A stretch of DNA of 64,000 bases from a bacterium (GCA_021780535.1 JAJXYN010000009.1:5631-69630), one strand, 5' to 3'; shown: positions 38,016 to 48,388, counted from the stretch's first letter. Numbers and translations: made by a program. The notes: generated by a model from the letters alone, not told the origin.

Positions 38016-39729
38016 CTATACTATTAAAACAATCTTCTAAAGTTATTAATCCTTTTAATGATTTAATAATCCCATCATCCATCATAGATATAAAACCTTG
38101 TTTATTTAATTCCGTTTCAATATTTTTTACTGGCTTATTCGCTTCCACCATTTTTTCAATATCATCTGTTATTTTTATTGCTTCTACTATTGCTATTCTA
38201 CCTTTATGACCAGTATTAGAACAATGAGCACAACCCTTACCTTTATAAAATTTTAAACTATTAATATTAATTTTATTTTTCTTCAAGATATCTGGATTAA
38301 CTTTTTTTAATCTATTAGAAATATCATCAACTATTTTTTGATCCATTATTAATTCTGTTTTACATTGATCACAAATCTTTCTAACTAATCTTTGAGATAT
38401 TATCAAATTAAGAGAAGATGCTAACAAAAATGGTTCTACTTTCATATCAAAAAGACGAGGTATGGCACCTATTGCACTGTTTGTATGCAAAGTTGTTAAA
38501 ACTAAATGCCCGGTTAAACTAGCATGTACACAAAGTTCTGCTGTTTCATTATCTCTAATTTCTCCAACCATAATAACGTCTGGATCTTGTCTTAAAAAAG
38601 ATCTAATACCACTTGCAAAAGTGTAACCTATTTCTGGTCTAACTTGGGAATGGTTAACTCCTTGTATCATATATTCTACTGGATCTTCTAATGTGACAAT
38701 ATTAACATTATCTTTATTTAAAATAGAAAGTATTGAAAATAGTGTAGTAGATTTACCCGAACCGGTTGGCCCACAAATTATTATCATACCAGAATTTGAT
38801 TTTAACTCTGTTTTTATAACTTCTAAATTTCTAGAATCTATACCCAGATCTTCAAAAGTAGGAGCTTTTTTTGACGTGTCTAAAATACGCATAACTATTT
38901 TTTCTCCGTCTGATATTGGAATTATTGAAATACGAAAATCATAAAAATGACCATCAACATTTAATCTTACTCTCCCATCTTGAGGAATTCTATTTTCATC
39001 TATTTTTAATCCAGCTACAACTTTTATTCTTGTAACAATAGAATTATGTGTATATTTTGGGAGCCTTACTGATGTATATAATTCTCCATCTACTCTATAT
39101 CTAATTCTAACATCTTCTCTGGTTGGCTCTATGTGTATATCTGAAGCACCTTCTTCAATAGCATGTTTAATGACAGTTGAAACCATTTTTGAAACTGGCG
39201 AATTTGCTATATTATCTGAAGATAAATTCAAACTATCCTCTATAAAATTTTCTTCTATTTTTATATTTACATTATCTATTGCTTTTGCAACTTCTGAATC
39301 AATATTAGAATATTGCTTTAAAGCATACTCAATACTGGCTATTGTTGTAACAAAATATGTTATAGAATATTGAGATTTTCTTATAATATATTCTACTGCT
39401 TCTTTTGCACTATAATTCAATGGATCAACCATTGCCATGCTAATATTTTCTCCATCTTTGTTAAAAACTATAACCTTATAATTATCTGCTAATTCTTTTG
39501 TAACAATATTTAAAACATCTTTTTTAATTTCTTTTCCAAATAAACTAATATTTGGCAAATTGAATAATTTTGATTTTATTTCTAAAAGAGAACTATCTTG
39601 TAATATTCTTCTACTTAATAAAATACTCTCAATCAATTCACCTGTTTTTTTTGATTGATCTTCTATTTCTAAAGCTTCTGCTTCAGTGATTAAATTATTT
39701 TCAGATAAATAGTTTAAAATTTTATCCAT
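38008..39729 (-). CDS. pilB: Type IV pilus assembly ATPase PilB (GspE family)
   Basis: Walker A GPTGSGKSTTL, Asp box, His box and a C-terminal tetracysteine (CDQC…CAHC). Confidence 0.9.
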   Translation of the reverse strand: MDKILNYLSENNLITEAEALEIEDQSKKTGELIESILLSRRILQDSSLLEIKSKLFNLPNISLFGKEIKKDVLNIVTKELADNYKVIVFNKDGENISMAMVDPLNYSAKEAVEYIIRKSQYSITYFVTTIASIEYALKQYSNIDSEVAKAIDNVNIKIEENFIEDSLNLSSDNIANSPVSKMVSTVIKHAIEEGASDIHIEPTREDVRIRYRVDGELYTSVRLPKYTHNSIVTRIKVVAGLKIDENRIPQDGRVRLNVDGHFYDFRISIIPISDGEKIVMRILDTSKKAPTFEDLGIDSRNLEVIKTELKSNSGMIIICGPTGSGKSTTLFSILSILNKDNVNIVTLEDPVEYMIQGVNHSQVRPEIGYTFASGIRSFLRQDPDVIMVGEIRDNETAELCVHASLTGHLVLTTLHTNSAIGAIPRLFDMKVEPFLLASSLNLIISQRLVRKICDQCKTELIMDQKIVDDISNRLKKVNPDILKKNKININSLKFYKGKGCAHCSNTGHKGRIAIVEAIKITDDIEKMVEANKPVKNIETELNKQGFISMMDDGIIKSLKGLITLEDCFNSIDE

Positions 39730-39744
39730 TTGTTTAATTGTTTA

Positions 39745-40068
39745 CTATTTTTGTGCTGTTATTGGTTCTTTATAAAAAATATCTTCTCTACCTTTTTCTA
39801 TTTTTGTACTGAAATTATAATCTTTAAATTTTGAAAATAGATTTGATTTTAATATTTTATCATCTATTCCATAATCTTTGAAATCTTGCTTAGACAATTC
39901 AACTTCTTTTTTTATAAACGAATCTATTTCTAAATCTCTAGATGCTATTTTTATTGTAGATTGTATTGTTGATGATAAATAAAATATTGCTATCAAAAAT
40001 ACTGATAGTATTGAGATTATTATTAATTTTGAATATATTTTTTTCATCATATGTTCTTGTAGTAGCAA
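39745..40068 (-). CDS. Small TM protein in the pilus cluster
   Basis: 107 aa with an N-terminal TM. Overlaps the pilO-like gene end. Confidence 0.4.
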   Translation of the reverse strand: MLLQEHMMKKIYSKLIIISILSVFLIAIFYLSSTIQSTIKIASRDLEIDSFIKKEVELSKQDFKDYGIDDKILKSNLFSKFKDYNFSTKIEKGREDIFYKEPITAQK

Positions 40069-40643
40069 GTAATATTGAACGTATATTTATTAAAATCATT
40101 AGTAACGTAAAAATTATTTATATTAAACAATCTTACATTTGATTCTATTTCTGACATAAAATTTTTAAATGTTTTATAATCTTTTCCGTTTTTTACATTT
40201 ACAGAAAAATTTATTTTTTTAAGCTTATTATTTATATTATTACTATCAGTTGAGGTTTCGTCTGTTTTTTCTTCTTCAAAAATTATTTTTTCTATATCAA
40301 CTCCCGTATTTTTTGATATTTGCCCTATTTCATTTATAATACTAGCCATATCTGGGCTATATGGTAGTATTTTTTTTATTTTTTCTAAATTTTTATTATC
40401 AATAAGATTAAAATCGTATTCATACTCTTTTAATTTTTTAAGATGATTTATTTTTAATTCTGAGTATTGATTTTCAAGACTTAGTGCTGTATCTATTTCA
40501 ACTTTCATACTTTCATAATTTGGCATTATTAAATATAAAAAACCTGAAACAAATATTAATGGTAATAAAAGCAATACTATTAAATAAAAATAATTTTTTA
40601 ATATATAATCAATATTTATTTTCTTAAATAATTTATTATTCAT
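40047..40643 (-). CDS. pilO: PilO-like inner-membrane pilus assembly protein
   Basis: N-terminal TM, coiled coil, C-terminal alpha/beta domain. Position after the pilN-like gene. Confidence 0.45.
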   Translation of the reverse strand: MNNKLFKKINIDYILKNYFYLIVLLLLPLIFVSGFLYLIMPNYESMKVEIDTALSLENQYSELKINHLKKLKEYEYDFNLIDNKNLEKIKKILPYSPDMASIINEIGQISKNTGVDIEKIIFEEEKTDETSTDSNNINNKLKKINFSVNVKNGKDYKTFKNFMSEIESNVRLFNINNFYVTNDFNKYTFNITCYYKNI

Positions 40644-41418
40644 TTTTTAATAAAAAATTACTATCTATTTCTAATAATAACTTAAAATTCACATTATATA
40701 CTGGGTCACTAGATTCTGTTTTATCTGCTTCGTTAATTGATATTTTTTTTACTATATTTGGAAAGCTTTGAAATACAGTAATTTGTTTTGATATGTTTTC
40801 ATAATCATTTGTTTTGAAACTTATTATCAAATTACCGTCAGACTCTGCAAACATATCTTTAACATACACGTCTTTAATAATATTTTTTTCTAAAAAAGAA
40901 GTAAAATTACTCCAATATATATGTTTACTATAAATATTTACTATATCCGCCAAATCGTCGTTAGCCGACTTTATTATTTTTAAATTATTTTTTTCCTCTG
41001 CATAAATATTATCTAAATTTTTATTATTATCTATTAAACTAATTATTTCTGCATTATATGAATTTCTATAAAAAAATAAACCAATAAAACAAAAAATTAT
41101 AGATAAAAATGACAGAGAAGATATTATCAACAACATTATTTTTTTTGTTGTCTGATTTGGTATCGTATCTATTTCTTGTGGTATGAAATTTAAATCTGAT
41201 TCTTTTGTTCTTTTTTGTTTATTATATATTTCATCAAAATTGATTCTATCAGATTCTTTTTTGTTTATTGAAAATTTTTTATATAATTTATCACTTGATA
41301 CTTTCTTTATTTTTTTTATTTTTGTAACTGGCTTTTCAAGGACGCCTAAAATATCAGAATTTTCTTCTGATACTTTTTTTGTTGATTTATTTTTTTTAAC
41401 AACCTTTTTTTGAACCAT
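40636..41418 (-). CDS. pilN: PilN-like bitopic protein with a lysine-rich N-terminal extension
   Basis: TM helix (MLLIISSLSFLSIIFCFIGLFFY) followed by a periplasmic domain. Immediately downstream of pilM. Confidence 0.45.
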   Translation of the reverse strand: MVQKKVVKKNKSTKKVSEENSDILGVLEKPVTKIKKIKKVSSDKLYKKFSINKKESDRINFDEIYNKQKRTKESDLNFIPQEIDTIPNQTTKKIMLLIISSLSFLSIIFCFIGLFFYRNSYNAEIISLIDNNKNLDNIYAEEKNNLKIIKSANDDLADIVNIYSKHIYWSNFTSFLEKNIIKDVYVKDMFAESDGNLIISFKTNDYENISKQITVFQSFPNIVKKISINEADKTESSDPVYNVNFKLLLEIDSNFLLKNE

Positions 41419-41419
41419 T

Positions 41420-42478
41420 TTATTTTTCAGCTTCTTTTTGAGCTAACCCTATTGATATAGAAAACTTTGGTCCGATTTCTTGTAATATAGGAAATAATTC
41501 TTCTGGATAATCTACCCTAGCCCAAGGATTACCTAAAAATGTTCTTTTATTAAATTTATTTGATATGAAATTTGAAAGTCCTGATAATTGAGCTGTCCCA
41601 CCTGTTAAAATTATTTTTTCAACCACATCGCTTGATTGATTTTGAAAAATATTTAAAGCATATTTAATTTCATCAATTATTGGTTGAAGACTATTTGCAA
41701 TTATTTTTGATATTCCACCTTCTAAATCTCCCGCCAAACCTTGATCTTTTTTAAATTGTTCCGCTTGTTTAATATCAATATTTAAAACTTTTGAAATATT
41801 TTGAGTAATTCTACTTCCACCAAAATCTATACTTCTATTAACTATTGGAATTCCTTCTTTTACTACCAAAACAGAAGATATAGAATCACCAATATTACAA
41901 ATCATAGAAACAGAATTATCGTTTCCAATTAATGATCTTATCATTGCAAATGATTCTACGTCTAACGTCATTAATTCTAAACCAGAGGCTTTAAATATAT
42001 TTACAAATTTTGTAACTATATTTTTTGGAGCTGCCGTCAATAATATTTTATAGTTATTTATTTTTTCTTCTTTATTTAATGAACCTATAGGAGAATCTCC
42101 TAGTATTTGCCAGTTTAGAACAACTTCGGAAAGTGGCACTGGAATAAATTTTTTAGCTTCTATGTGTATAGCTTCTGTTAAATCTTTTTTATTAAGAGCT
42201 GAGATGTTTATAACAGAACTAAAAACAGAGTAGTTTGGCAAAGAAGCAACTACTTTACTACTTAAAGCTTTTGATTTTCTCATTATGAATTTTATAGCTT
42301 CTACTGTTTTATCAAAATCTTCTTCTTTTTCGCTTCTAACTATATCTAGTTCATGGTCTATATAACCATAAGTTCTAAGTCTTGATATGTGATTATCATT
42401 AATAAGCTCAATAAGCTTTATACTATTAACACCAATATCTATACCTAAAAAACTTTTTTTAGATGAATCAAAAAACAT
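41420..42478 (-). CDS. pilM: Type IV pilus assembly protein PilM (actin-like ATPase)
   Basis: MFFDSSKKSFLGIDIGVNSIKLIEL N-terminal phosphate-1 motif, 352 aa actin/FtsA-like. Confidence 0.8.
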   Translation of the reverse strand: MFFDSSKKSFLGIDIGVNSIKLIELINDNHISRLRTYGYIDHELDIVRSEKEEDFDKTVEAIKFIMRKSKALSSKVVASLPNYSVFSSVINISALNKKDLTEAIHIEAKKFIPVPLSEVVLNWQILGDSPIGSLNKEEKINNYKILLTAAPKNIVTKFVNIFKASGLELMTLDVESFAMIRSLIGNDNSVSMICNIGDSISSVLVVKEGIPIVNRSIDFGGSRITQNISKVLNIDIKQAEQFKKDQGLAGDLEGGISKIIANSLQPIIDEIKYALNIFQNQSSDVVEKIILTGGTAQLSGLSNFISNKFNKRTFLGNPWARVDYPEELFPILQEIGPKFSISIGLAQKEAEK

Positions 42479-42578
42479 GTTTTTATTTTTAACCTTTTTA
42501 TACTAGTTTTATTATATCATAAAGGTTTAATATTAAAAAGTTGAAAAGAATATTATATTTTTTTACAATTCTTACCCC

Positions 42579-43055
42579 CTATAATGAATTTTCGTGTTTT
42601 AATAACCACTCTTTTTTATCTAGTCCGCCTGCATATCCTACTAATTTTTTATTCTTTCCTATTACTCTATGGCATGGGACTATTATTGCTATTGAATTTT
42701 TGTTATTTGCCCCACCTACTGCTCTTGATGCTTTTTTATTTCCTATTTTCTCTGCTATGTCTATATATGATAATGTTTCTCCGAATTTTATTTTTAATAA
42801 TTCTTTCCAAACTTTTTTCTGGAATTCTGTTCCTTCTAATTTATATTTTACTGTAAATATTTTTCTTTCTCCTTTAAAATATTCTTCTAATTCTTTTTCT
42901 ACTTGTTCTGTAATTTTATTTTTATTTTCTTCTAGTTTTTTATTACAAAAATCTAAACCTAAAAGATAATCATCGTCAGCGATTATTTTTAAATATCCTA
43001 TTGGAGACTTGTAATATGAAATATATTTTCTTATTTTATTCTGGATGTATTTCAT
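42579..43055 (-). CDS. ogt: Methylated-DNA-protein-cysteine methyltransferase (Ogt/MGMT)
   Basis: Active-site PCHRV motif (IVPCHRVIGKN). 158 aa. Confidence 0.85.
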   Translation of the reverse strand: MKYIQNKIRKYISYYKSPIGYLKIIADDDYLLGLDFCNKKLEENKNKITEQVEKELEEYFKGERKIFTVKYKLEGTEFQKKVWKELLKIKFGETLSYIDIAEKIGNKKASRAVGGANNKNSIAIIVPCHRVIGKNKKLVGYAGGLDKKEWLLKHENSL

Positions 43056-45135
43056 TTTCTTTTATTTTTATTTTTTCTTTCAACCCTTTTAATGTATTTA
43101 ATTCTGGATCTTCTTTTATTATTTCCTCTGCCTCTTTTTTTGCATTTAACATTATGCCAACATCAAATATGTTTGCTATTTTTAAATCTGGAATATTTCC
43201 TGATTGTATTAACCCATACATATCTCCTGCTCCTCTTGTTTTCATATCTATTTCTGCAAGTTCAAATGATGATTTTGCTCTTATTATTGAATCTAATCTA
43301 TTTAACACTTTTTCTGTTTTACTTTTTGTATATAAAAAACAGTATGATTGTGCATCGCTTCTCCCAACTCTTCCTCTTAATTGATATAAACTCGCTAATC
43401 CAAATTTTTCTGATCCTAATATTACTATTGTGTTTGCATTTGGGACATCTACCCCCACCTCTACTACTGACGTTGATATTAATATGTTTATTTTTCCATC
43501 GCTAAATTCTTTTTCTACTTTATTTTTTTCTGTTGATTTTAATTTTCCATGCAATATTTCTATGTTGTATTTTTCAAATGGTTTTAATTTTTTGAAATGT
43601 TCAAATACTGATTTTGCTGACTTTATTTCTAATTCAAATTCTGTTTCTGATTCTGTTTCTTCTATTAATGGACATATTATGTATATTTGTTTTTTTTGTT
43701 TTAATTCTTTTAATAAAAATAAATATACTTCTTTTAATTCTGTTACTATTTTTGTTTCTATTGGTTTTCTATTTAATGGTTTTTCATCTAATACTGATAA
43801 ATCTAAGTCCCCATAAAATGCCAAGGCTAATGTTCTTGGTATTGGTGTTGCAGTTACTGATAAAAAATGTGGATATATTTCATTATCTGTATTTATATTT
43901 TCATGAGTTAATAGATGTCTTTGTTTTACCCCAAATCTGTGTTGTTCATCTATTACTACGAATGCTAGATTTTTTATTTTTATATTTTCTTGAACTAGTG
44001 CATGTGTTCCAACTATTATATTTATTTCATTATTTTTTATTTTTTCTTCTAATTTTTTCTTTGTAATTTTTTCATTATTTAATAAACATTCTGATCCTGT
44101 GAGTAATGCTATGTTTATGTTTTTTATATATTCTTTATCTAAAAATAGACTGCATATTTTTCTATAATGTTGTGCTGCTAATATTGAAGTTGGCACCATT
44201 ATTGCTGAATTATACCCACTTAAAAATACATTTAATACTGATATTAAAAATATTACCGTTTTGCCAGATCCTACATCACCCTCTAACAATCTATTTGATG
44301 GTATATTATTTTCTACATCTTTTAATATTTGCCAAGTAACTTTTTTTTGTTTTTCTGTTAAATTAAATCCTAAATTGTTTATAAATAACTTTGTTTCTTC
44401 TTCAAAGAATTTTACTTTATATGATCTTCTGTTTTGAAATTTATATTTTCTTCTTTCGTTTAGTAATTGTAAAAAAAATAACTCATCAAATTTTAATCTT
44501 TCTTTTGATATTTCTAATAATTTTTGATCTGTTGGGTAATGTAAATTTTTTAAAGCACTTTGGATGTTTTGATAATGATATTTTTCTTTTATTTTTTCTG
44601 GTAAATAATCTTTTATTACTATATCTTTCTCAAATATTTTCTTCCCTATATTTCTTAATATATTTTGCTTTAATGTTTTTGTTGTTCTATATATTGGATT
44701 TATTAAATCTGATTTGAATTCTTTTTTTGGATTATATTTTCTATACAACGGATTTATTAATTCTATGATTCCATAATTTTCTGTTGTTTCCCCTATGAAA
44801 TAATAAAGCTCTCCTTGAATCAAAGAATCCTTAACCCAAGCATTATTAAACCACACTGCTTCTACTTTCCCTGTGTCATCTTTTAATATTGCTTTTGTAA
44901 AATTTGCTCTTTTTATATAACTTCTTTTTGAGTCAACCAATTCTACCCTAGCTAAGAAAATACATTTTTCGCCAATTAATATATCTTTTATTTTTAATTT
45001 ATTTTTAAATATTTCGTATCTAAACGGATAATGAAAAATAAAATCTTCAACAGTTGCAAGACCTATTTTTTTTAATTTTATTAATGTCTTATCACCTATT
45101 CCTGATATTGATTTTAAGCTATCCTTAATATCCAT
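43036..45135 (-). CDS. recG: ATP-dependent DNA helicase RecG
   Basis: N-terminal wedge domain, helicase motifs GDVGSGKT (Walker A), DEQHRFGV (DEQH), QLRGRVGR. 699 aa. Confidence 0.9.
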   Translation of the reverse strand: MDIKDSLKSISGIGDKTLIKLKKIGLATVEDFIFHYPFRYEIFKNKLKIKDILIGEKCIFLARVELVDSKRSYIKRANFTKAILKDDTGKVEAVWFNNAWVKDSLIQGELYYFIGETTENYGIIELINPLYRKYNPKKEFKSDLINPIYRTTKTLKQNILRNIGKKIFEKDIVIKDYLPEKIKEKYHYQNIQSALKNLHYPTDQKLLEISKERLKFDELFFLQLLNERRKYKFQNRRSYKVKFFEEETKLFINNLGFNLTEKQKKVTWQILKDVENNIPSNRLLEGDVGSGKTVIFLISVLNVFLSGYNSAIMVPTSILAAQHYRKICSLFLDKEYIKNINIALLTGSECLLNNEKITKKKLEEKIKNNEINIIVGTHALVQENIKIKNLAFVVIDEQHRFGVKQRHLLTHENINTDNEIYPHFLSVTATPIPRTLALAFYGDLDLSVLDEKPLNRKPIETKIVTELKEVYLFLLKELKQKKQIYIICPLIEETESETEFELEIKSAKSVFEHFKKLKPFEKYNIEILHGKLKSTEKNKVEKEFSDGKINILISTSVVEVGVDVPNANTIVILGSEKFGLASLYQLRGRVGRSDAQSYCFLYTKSKTEKVLNRLDSIIRAKSSFELAEIDMKTRGAGDMYGLIQSGNIPDLKIANIFDVGIMLNAKKEAEEIIKEDPELNTLKGLKEKIKIKENEIHPE

Positions 45136-45177
45136 ATTATATAAATAAATATGGACGCATAATTATGCGCCCTTATA

Positions 45178-45771
45178 TTATAATTTTAATAATCTCTCTA
45201 TTTGATCTGATAAATGTTCATATTTTCTAACAGTATTTTCTGGTATATATTGGTTTAATGTTTCTCTTATTAGTAAAGGATTTTCTTTTTCTAAATCTAC
45301 TCCAACACTAGGAGCTGTTAATGCTTTTAACAAGAAATAAATTTTTTTAACATTTCTTTCTGGTTCATATATTATATAATATTCTTTTATTTGTTCCCAT
45401 TTATAAAACATGTCTTCTAATTTTATCCCGTCTTCATATATTGAGAATGTTAATAAATCTGGTTTTTTAAATTTAAACATAACTATAAATAATGACGACA
45501 TTATTATAATTACTAAAAATAAAAAATTTTTAGTTGAAACGCAATATATAGACATAAAAATTATAAATAACCCAGCAACTATATACCAAAGTCTGCCTCT
45601 TGTATGATCTAAATGTTCATAAAAAGACCATTCATGCAATAATTCTCCATGGTATTCTTCTACTGTTTCATCTGTATTATTATTTTTTGATGTATAATAG
45701 CCATCATCATTATTGTTCTCTGCATTACTTTCTTGACTGTTTTTTATTATGTTATATTTAATATCTGGCAT
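45178..45771 (-). CDS. Hypothetical membrane protein (2 TM plus cytosolic PH-like domain?)
   Basis: 197 aa. Acidic N-terminus, two TM helices, conserved-looking C-terminal domain. Confidence 0.5.
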   Translation of the reverse strand: MPDIKYNIIKNSQESNAENNNDDGYYTSKNNNTDETVEEYHGELLHEWSFYEHLDHTRGRLWYIVAGLFIIFMSIYCVSTKNFLFLVIIIMSSLFIVMFKFKKPDLLTFSIYEDGIKLEDMFYKWEQIKEYYIIYEPERNVKKIYFLLKALTAPSVGVDLEKENPLLIRETLNQYIPENTVRKYEHLSDQIERLLKL

Positions 45772-46005
45772 ATTTTTAGTTTAACTAGTTTAACTAGTTT
45801 AGTTGATTGAGTTAATTATTCAACTAAACAAAATAATTTAAATTAATTATATCACAATATAAAAAAATATTATAAAAATTATTTTATTTAATTTTAGCTG
45901 TTTTTTGTATTAATTAACATTTTTACACAATATTGACCTAATTTTAAAGTTATAGTATTATATTTAACATTGATTTTCATAAGTCAATGCAATATATCAT
46001 ATCTT

Positions 46006-46090
46006 GGAGAGCTGGCAGAGTGGTCGAATGCGACAGTCTTGAAAACTGTTATACCGCAAGGTATCAGGGGTTCGAATCCCTTGCTCTCCG
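46006..46090 (+). tRNA. tRNA-Ser (anticodon UGA), class II with long variable arm; CCA not encoded
   Basis: Manual fold: acceptor GGAGAGC/GCTCTCC, anticodon stem ACAGT/ACTGT, loop CTTGAAA (anticodon TGA), long variable arm TATACCGCAAGGTATC, T-loop TTCGAAT, discriminator G. Confidence 0.85.
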
Positions 46091-46136
46091 CCGTCAGGGG
46101 CGACCCCGAAGCGTCTATACGCTTTGTGGTGCTCAC

Positions 46137-46180
46137 AAAAAACAAAAAAACTATCAGATTTGATAGTTTTTTTGTTTTTT
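46137..46180. terminator. Long perfect AT-rich hairpin (20-bp stem), bidirectional terminator downstream of tRNA-Ser
   Basis: AAAAAACAAAAAAACTATCA-gatt-TGATAGTTTTTTTGTTTTTT. Confidence 0.7.
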
Positions 46181-46268
46181 ATTTCTCTAAGGTTCCTCAA
46201 TAAATTTTATCAAAATTTCTCGATATTCGAAATCTAGAAAATGCATAAAAATAAGAATAATTTATAAG

Positions 46269-47093
46269 TTAAAAATCTCTAAATCTTCTATTTTTATGAA
46301 TATGAAAAGAAAGATTAATTCCAGACTCTTTGCATAGATTTGAAAAAATATTTAATACCTCACTCCTTGTTAAATCAAACCAATCCACCAAGTCTCTGTT
46401 ATTTATGCAATAAGATTGTCTATCTTTGTTAAATGTATTATTGATATGTATTTCGTTGTTTTGTATAGCTAAAAAATATCTTTCTCTTATTGATCTTAAT
46501 AATTCGACAATAACTTCTAACTTACTTCTCCATATATCATTCTTTATATAAGATTTGCCATGTAATTGTTTTAGAATATTATTATCTCTATCTCTTTGAA
46601 CTCCAGTATTCAATGCAATTATAGTGTCTTCTATTGCTTTATCAAAAGCTTCCATAGACCCTTCTTGTTGAAAAACATCTTGGAATACTGGTCTATCAAA
46701 ACAGTCTGCATAAAATTTAATAAGCTCAATATCGTTGGTTATAATGTTATTTTTTGCATTTTCAATTTCATGCAATACCTTTTCTTCTGATATAATTTTC
46801 CATTTTTTTATTTCTTTTTCTGTATATCTTTTCTCGTCCCTATCTATCATAGAAGCACAATTAGAGCATAACCAGATACCATTTTCAAATGATTTACGTT
46901 CTTTTGAAGTTAGACTTTTATTATATCTTTTACCTCCTGGTGATGCTGCTGAAATATGAGAAGCTATACCAATGTTTGTAGTTTTGTCCGTAGATGGCCC
47001 TATTGTTAGTTTTTCACAACCAGGATTAGAACACCTATAACCAACTCTTTTTGCTAGTAGCTCTTTTGTTTTTTGGTTGAAATCATCTCTCAT
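46269..47093 (-). CDS. HNH-nuclease-domain protein (N-terminal HNH, C-terminal unknown domain)
   Basis: GYRCSNPGCEK … GIASHISAAS … ENGIWLCSNCASMIDRD: a Cx2C…H…N…Cx2C HNH-like zinc-finger nuclease motif, with the final His position replaced. 274 aa. Confidence 0.55.
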   Translation of the reverse strand: MRDDFNQKTKELLAKRVGYRCSNPGCEKLTIGPSTDKTTNIGIASHISAASPGGKRYNKSLTSKERKSFENGIWLCSNCASMIDRDEKRYTEKEIKKWKIISEEKVLHEIENAKNNIITNDIELIKFYADCFDRPVFQDVFQQEGSMEAFDKAIEDTIIALNTGVQRDRDNNILKQLHGKSYIKNDIWRSKLEVIVELLRSIRERYFLAIQNNEIHINNTFNKDRQSYCINNRDLVDWFDLTRSEVLNIFSNLCKESGINLSFHIHKNRRFRDF

Positions 47094-47183
47094 ATAAGTA
47101 TAATTTATTTACTGTTTTATTATATCATTTATTTTTTACTTGTGATATTTTTTAAATAATAAATAAACACTTAACTAAAAAAT

Positions 47184-47441
47184 ATGCAAAAAAATAAAGA
47201 TCATATTGCACTTAAATTTTTAACTGGCTCTAAAAACAATTTAGTAGATCAAAGCGAAATTTATGGTGGAGTTGAAATGAATGGTGAAAGTAATAAGATT
47301 AAAAGATCCAAAATAGATATTAAAAAAACAATACAAGAACATCCTATTAAAACTATTATTATAGGTTCAATAATAACTCTTACAATAACTATTATTGGAT
47401 CAGTTATTGGATTAATTATAGAATATACTTTTTTCAAATAA
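47184..47441 (+). CDS. Small tail-anchored membrane protein
   Basis: 85 aa, hydrophilic N-terminus, single C-terminal TM (IIIGSIITLTITIIGSVIGLII). Confidence 0.4.
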   Translation: MQKNKDHIALKFLTGSKNNLVDQSEIYGGVEMNGESNKIKRSKIDIKKTIQEHPIKTIIIGSIITLTITIIGSVIGLIIEYTFFK

Positions 47442-47585
47442 AATTAAACCTTTACTAAATTTATTTTCTTATACTTTATAATAAATTTATTTTATACTTA
47501 AAATGAAAACATTAATGCGACACTGGTTTCTCTTGATATGAAAATCTTCATCGTTTCTTCATTTTAATTTGATATAATTTTTAAT

Positions 47586-48164
47586 TTGCAAAATATGAAC
47601 TCTGATAAATATTTTATATCTCAAATAAAACCTGATGGGACAATAATTTCTCCAAATGATTGGTTAAAGAAAGTTGGGGCTTTTGTTGAAAATAGACAAT
47701 TAGCTTTACCACATGAATGTATACTCATTCCTTTATCTGCAGCAAGCAGAGCTGTTGAAATTTTTAATACAAGTACTGAATACACTCAAAAATTAGAATC
47801 TGCATTATTAATAGCTTTATCCGTAAGAGTTGCAGAAACTGCTTTTTATAATAAATTTGCTAAATGGTTCGAAGTTCAATCTCAAACAAAAATGTGTGAT
47901 CATTGCATAAGAAATAGTAAGGTTTTTAATAATGATGAAGTAAAAAAATACAGAAAACTTTGTAATGAAAAAATAATTCATGTAATGGAAAATCAATCTA
48001 TGATAAATCCTAATGATTTAATTTATGCAATAAATTATTACGATGAAGTTTTAAAATTACCACTTATAGATCCTATAAAAATTACTAGTGAATTTAAAAT
48101 AACTGTTTGCGATAAATGTTTAGTAAAAAATGGAATAATAAAACAAGATAAAAAAAAGAATTAA
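47586..48164 (+). CDS. Hypothetical Cys-pair (zinc-ribbon-like) protein
   Basis: 192 aa with CDHC and CDKC pairs about 60 residues apart. No family assignment. Confidence 0.45.
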   Translation: MQNMNSDKYFISQIKPDGTIISPNDWLKKVGAFVENRQLALPHECILIPLSAASRAVEIFNTSTEYTQKLESALLIALSVRVAETAFYNKFAKWFEVQSQTKMCDHCIRNSKVFNNDEVKKYRKLCNEKIIHVMENQSMINPNDLIYAINYYDEVLKLPLIDPIKITSEFKITVCDKCLVKNGIIKQDKKKN

Positions 48165-48370
48165 TTCTTAATTAAATTAATTTTTTTATCCTTCATAATA
48201 AATTTATTTTTAAACATACTCATAAATTCTCTTCTCTCATTTATTGAACCATGATTTAAAATAAATTTTGCATAATCTATTAAATCTACTTTTTTATCAT
48301 CCATATTTCTTTCTACATTATTTATTTTTACAATAAACATCTTTTGATCTTCTGCATCCATAATAAACAT
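48161..48370 (-). CDS. Small hypothetical protein (69 aa)
   Basis: ORF only. Directly downstream of the cyclase-like gene on the same strand. Confidence 0.3.
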   Translation of the reverse strand: MFIMDAEDQKMFIVKINNVERNMDDKKVDLIDYAKFILNHGSINERREFMSMFKNKFIMKDKKINLIKN

Positions 48371-48388
48371 ATTTACTGTGTATTACTA

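Noticed and set aside
42541-42969. Plus-strand ORFs 42541..42969 and 42584..42856 overlapping ogt
   Set aside because: Antisense to the ogt gene, which has the diagnostic PCHRV active site. Low-complexity hydrophobic translation.
43001-44717. Six plus-strand ORFs (43001, 43092, 43430, 43614, 44106, 44391) of 77-150 aa overlapping recG
   Set aside because: They are low-complexity Leu/Phe/Ile-rich translations antisense to a well-supported recG ORF. Antisense ORFs like this arise readily in AT-rich sequence.
45970-46203. ORFs 45970..46203 (+) and 45997..46200 (-)
   Set aside because: They overlap the manually folded tRNA-Ser(UGA) and its terminator hairpins, so the tRNA explains the region.
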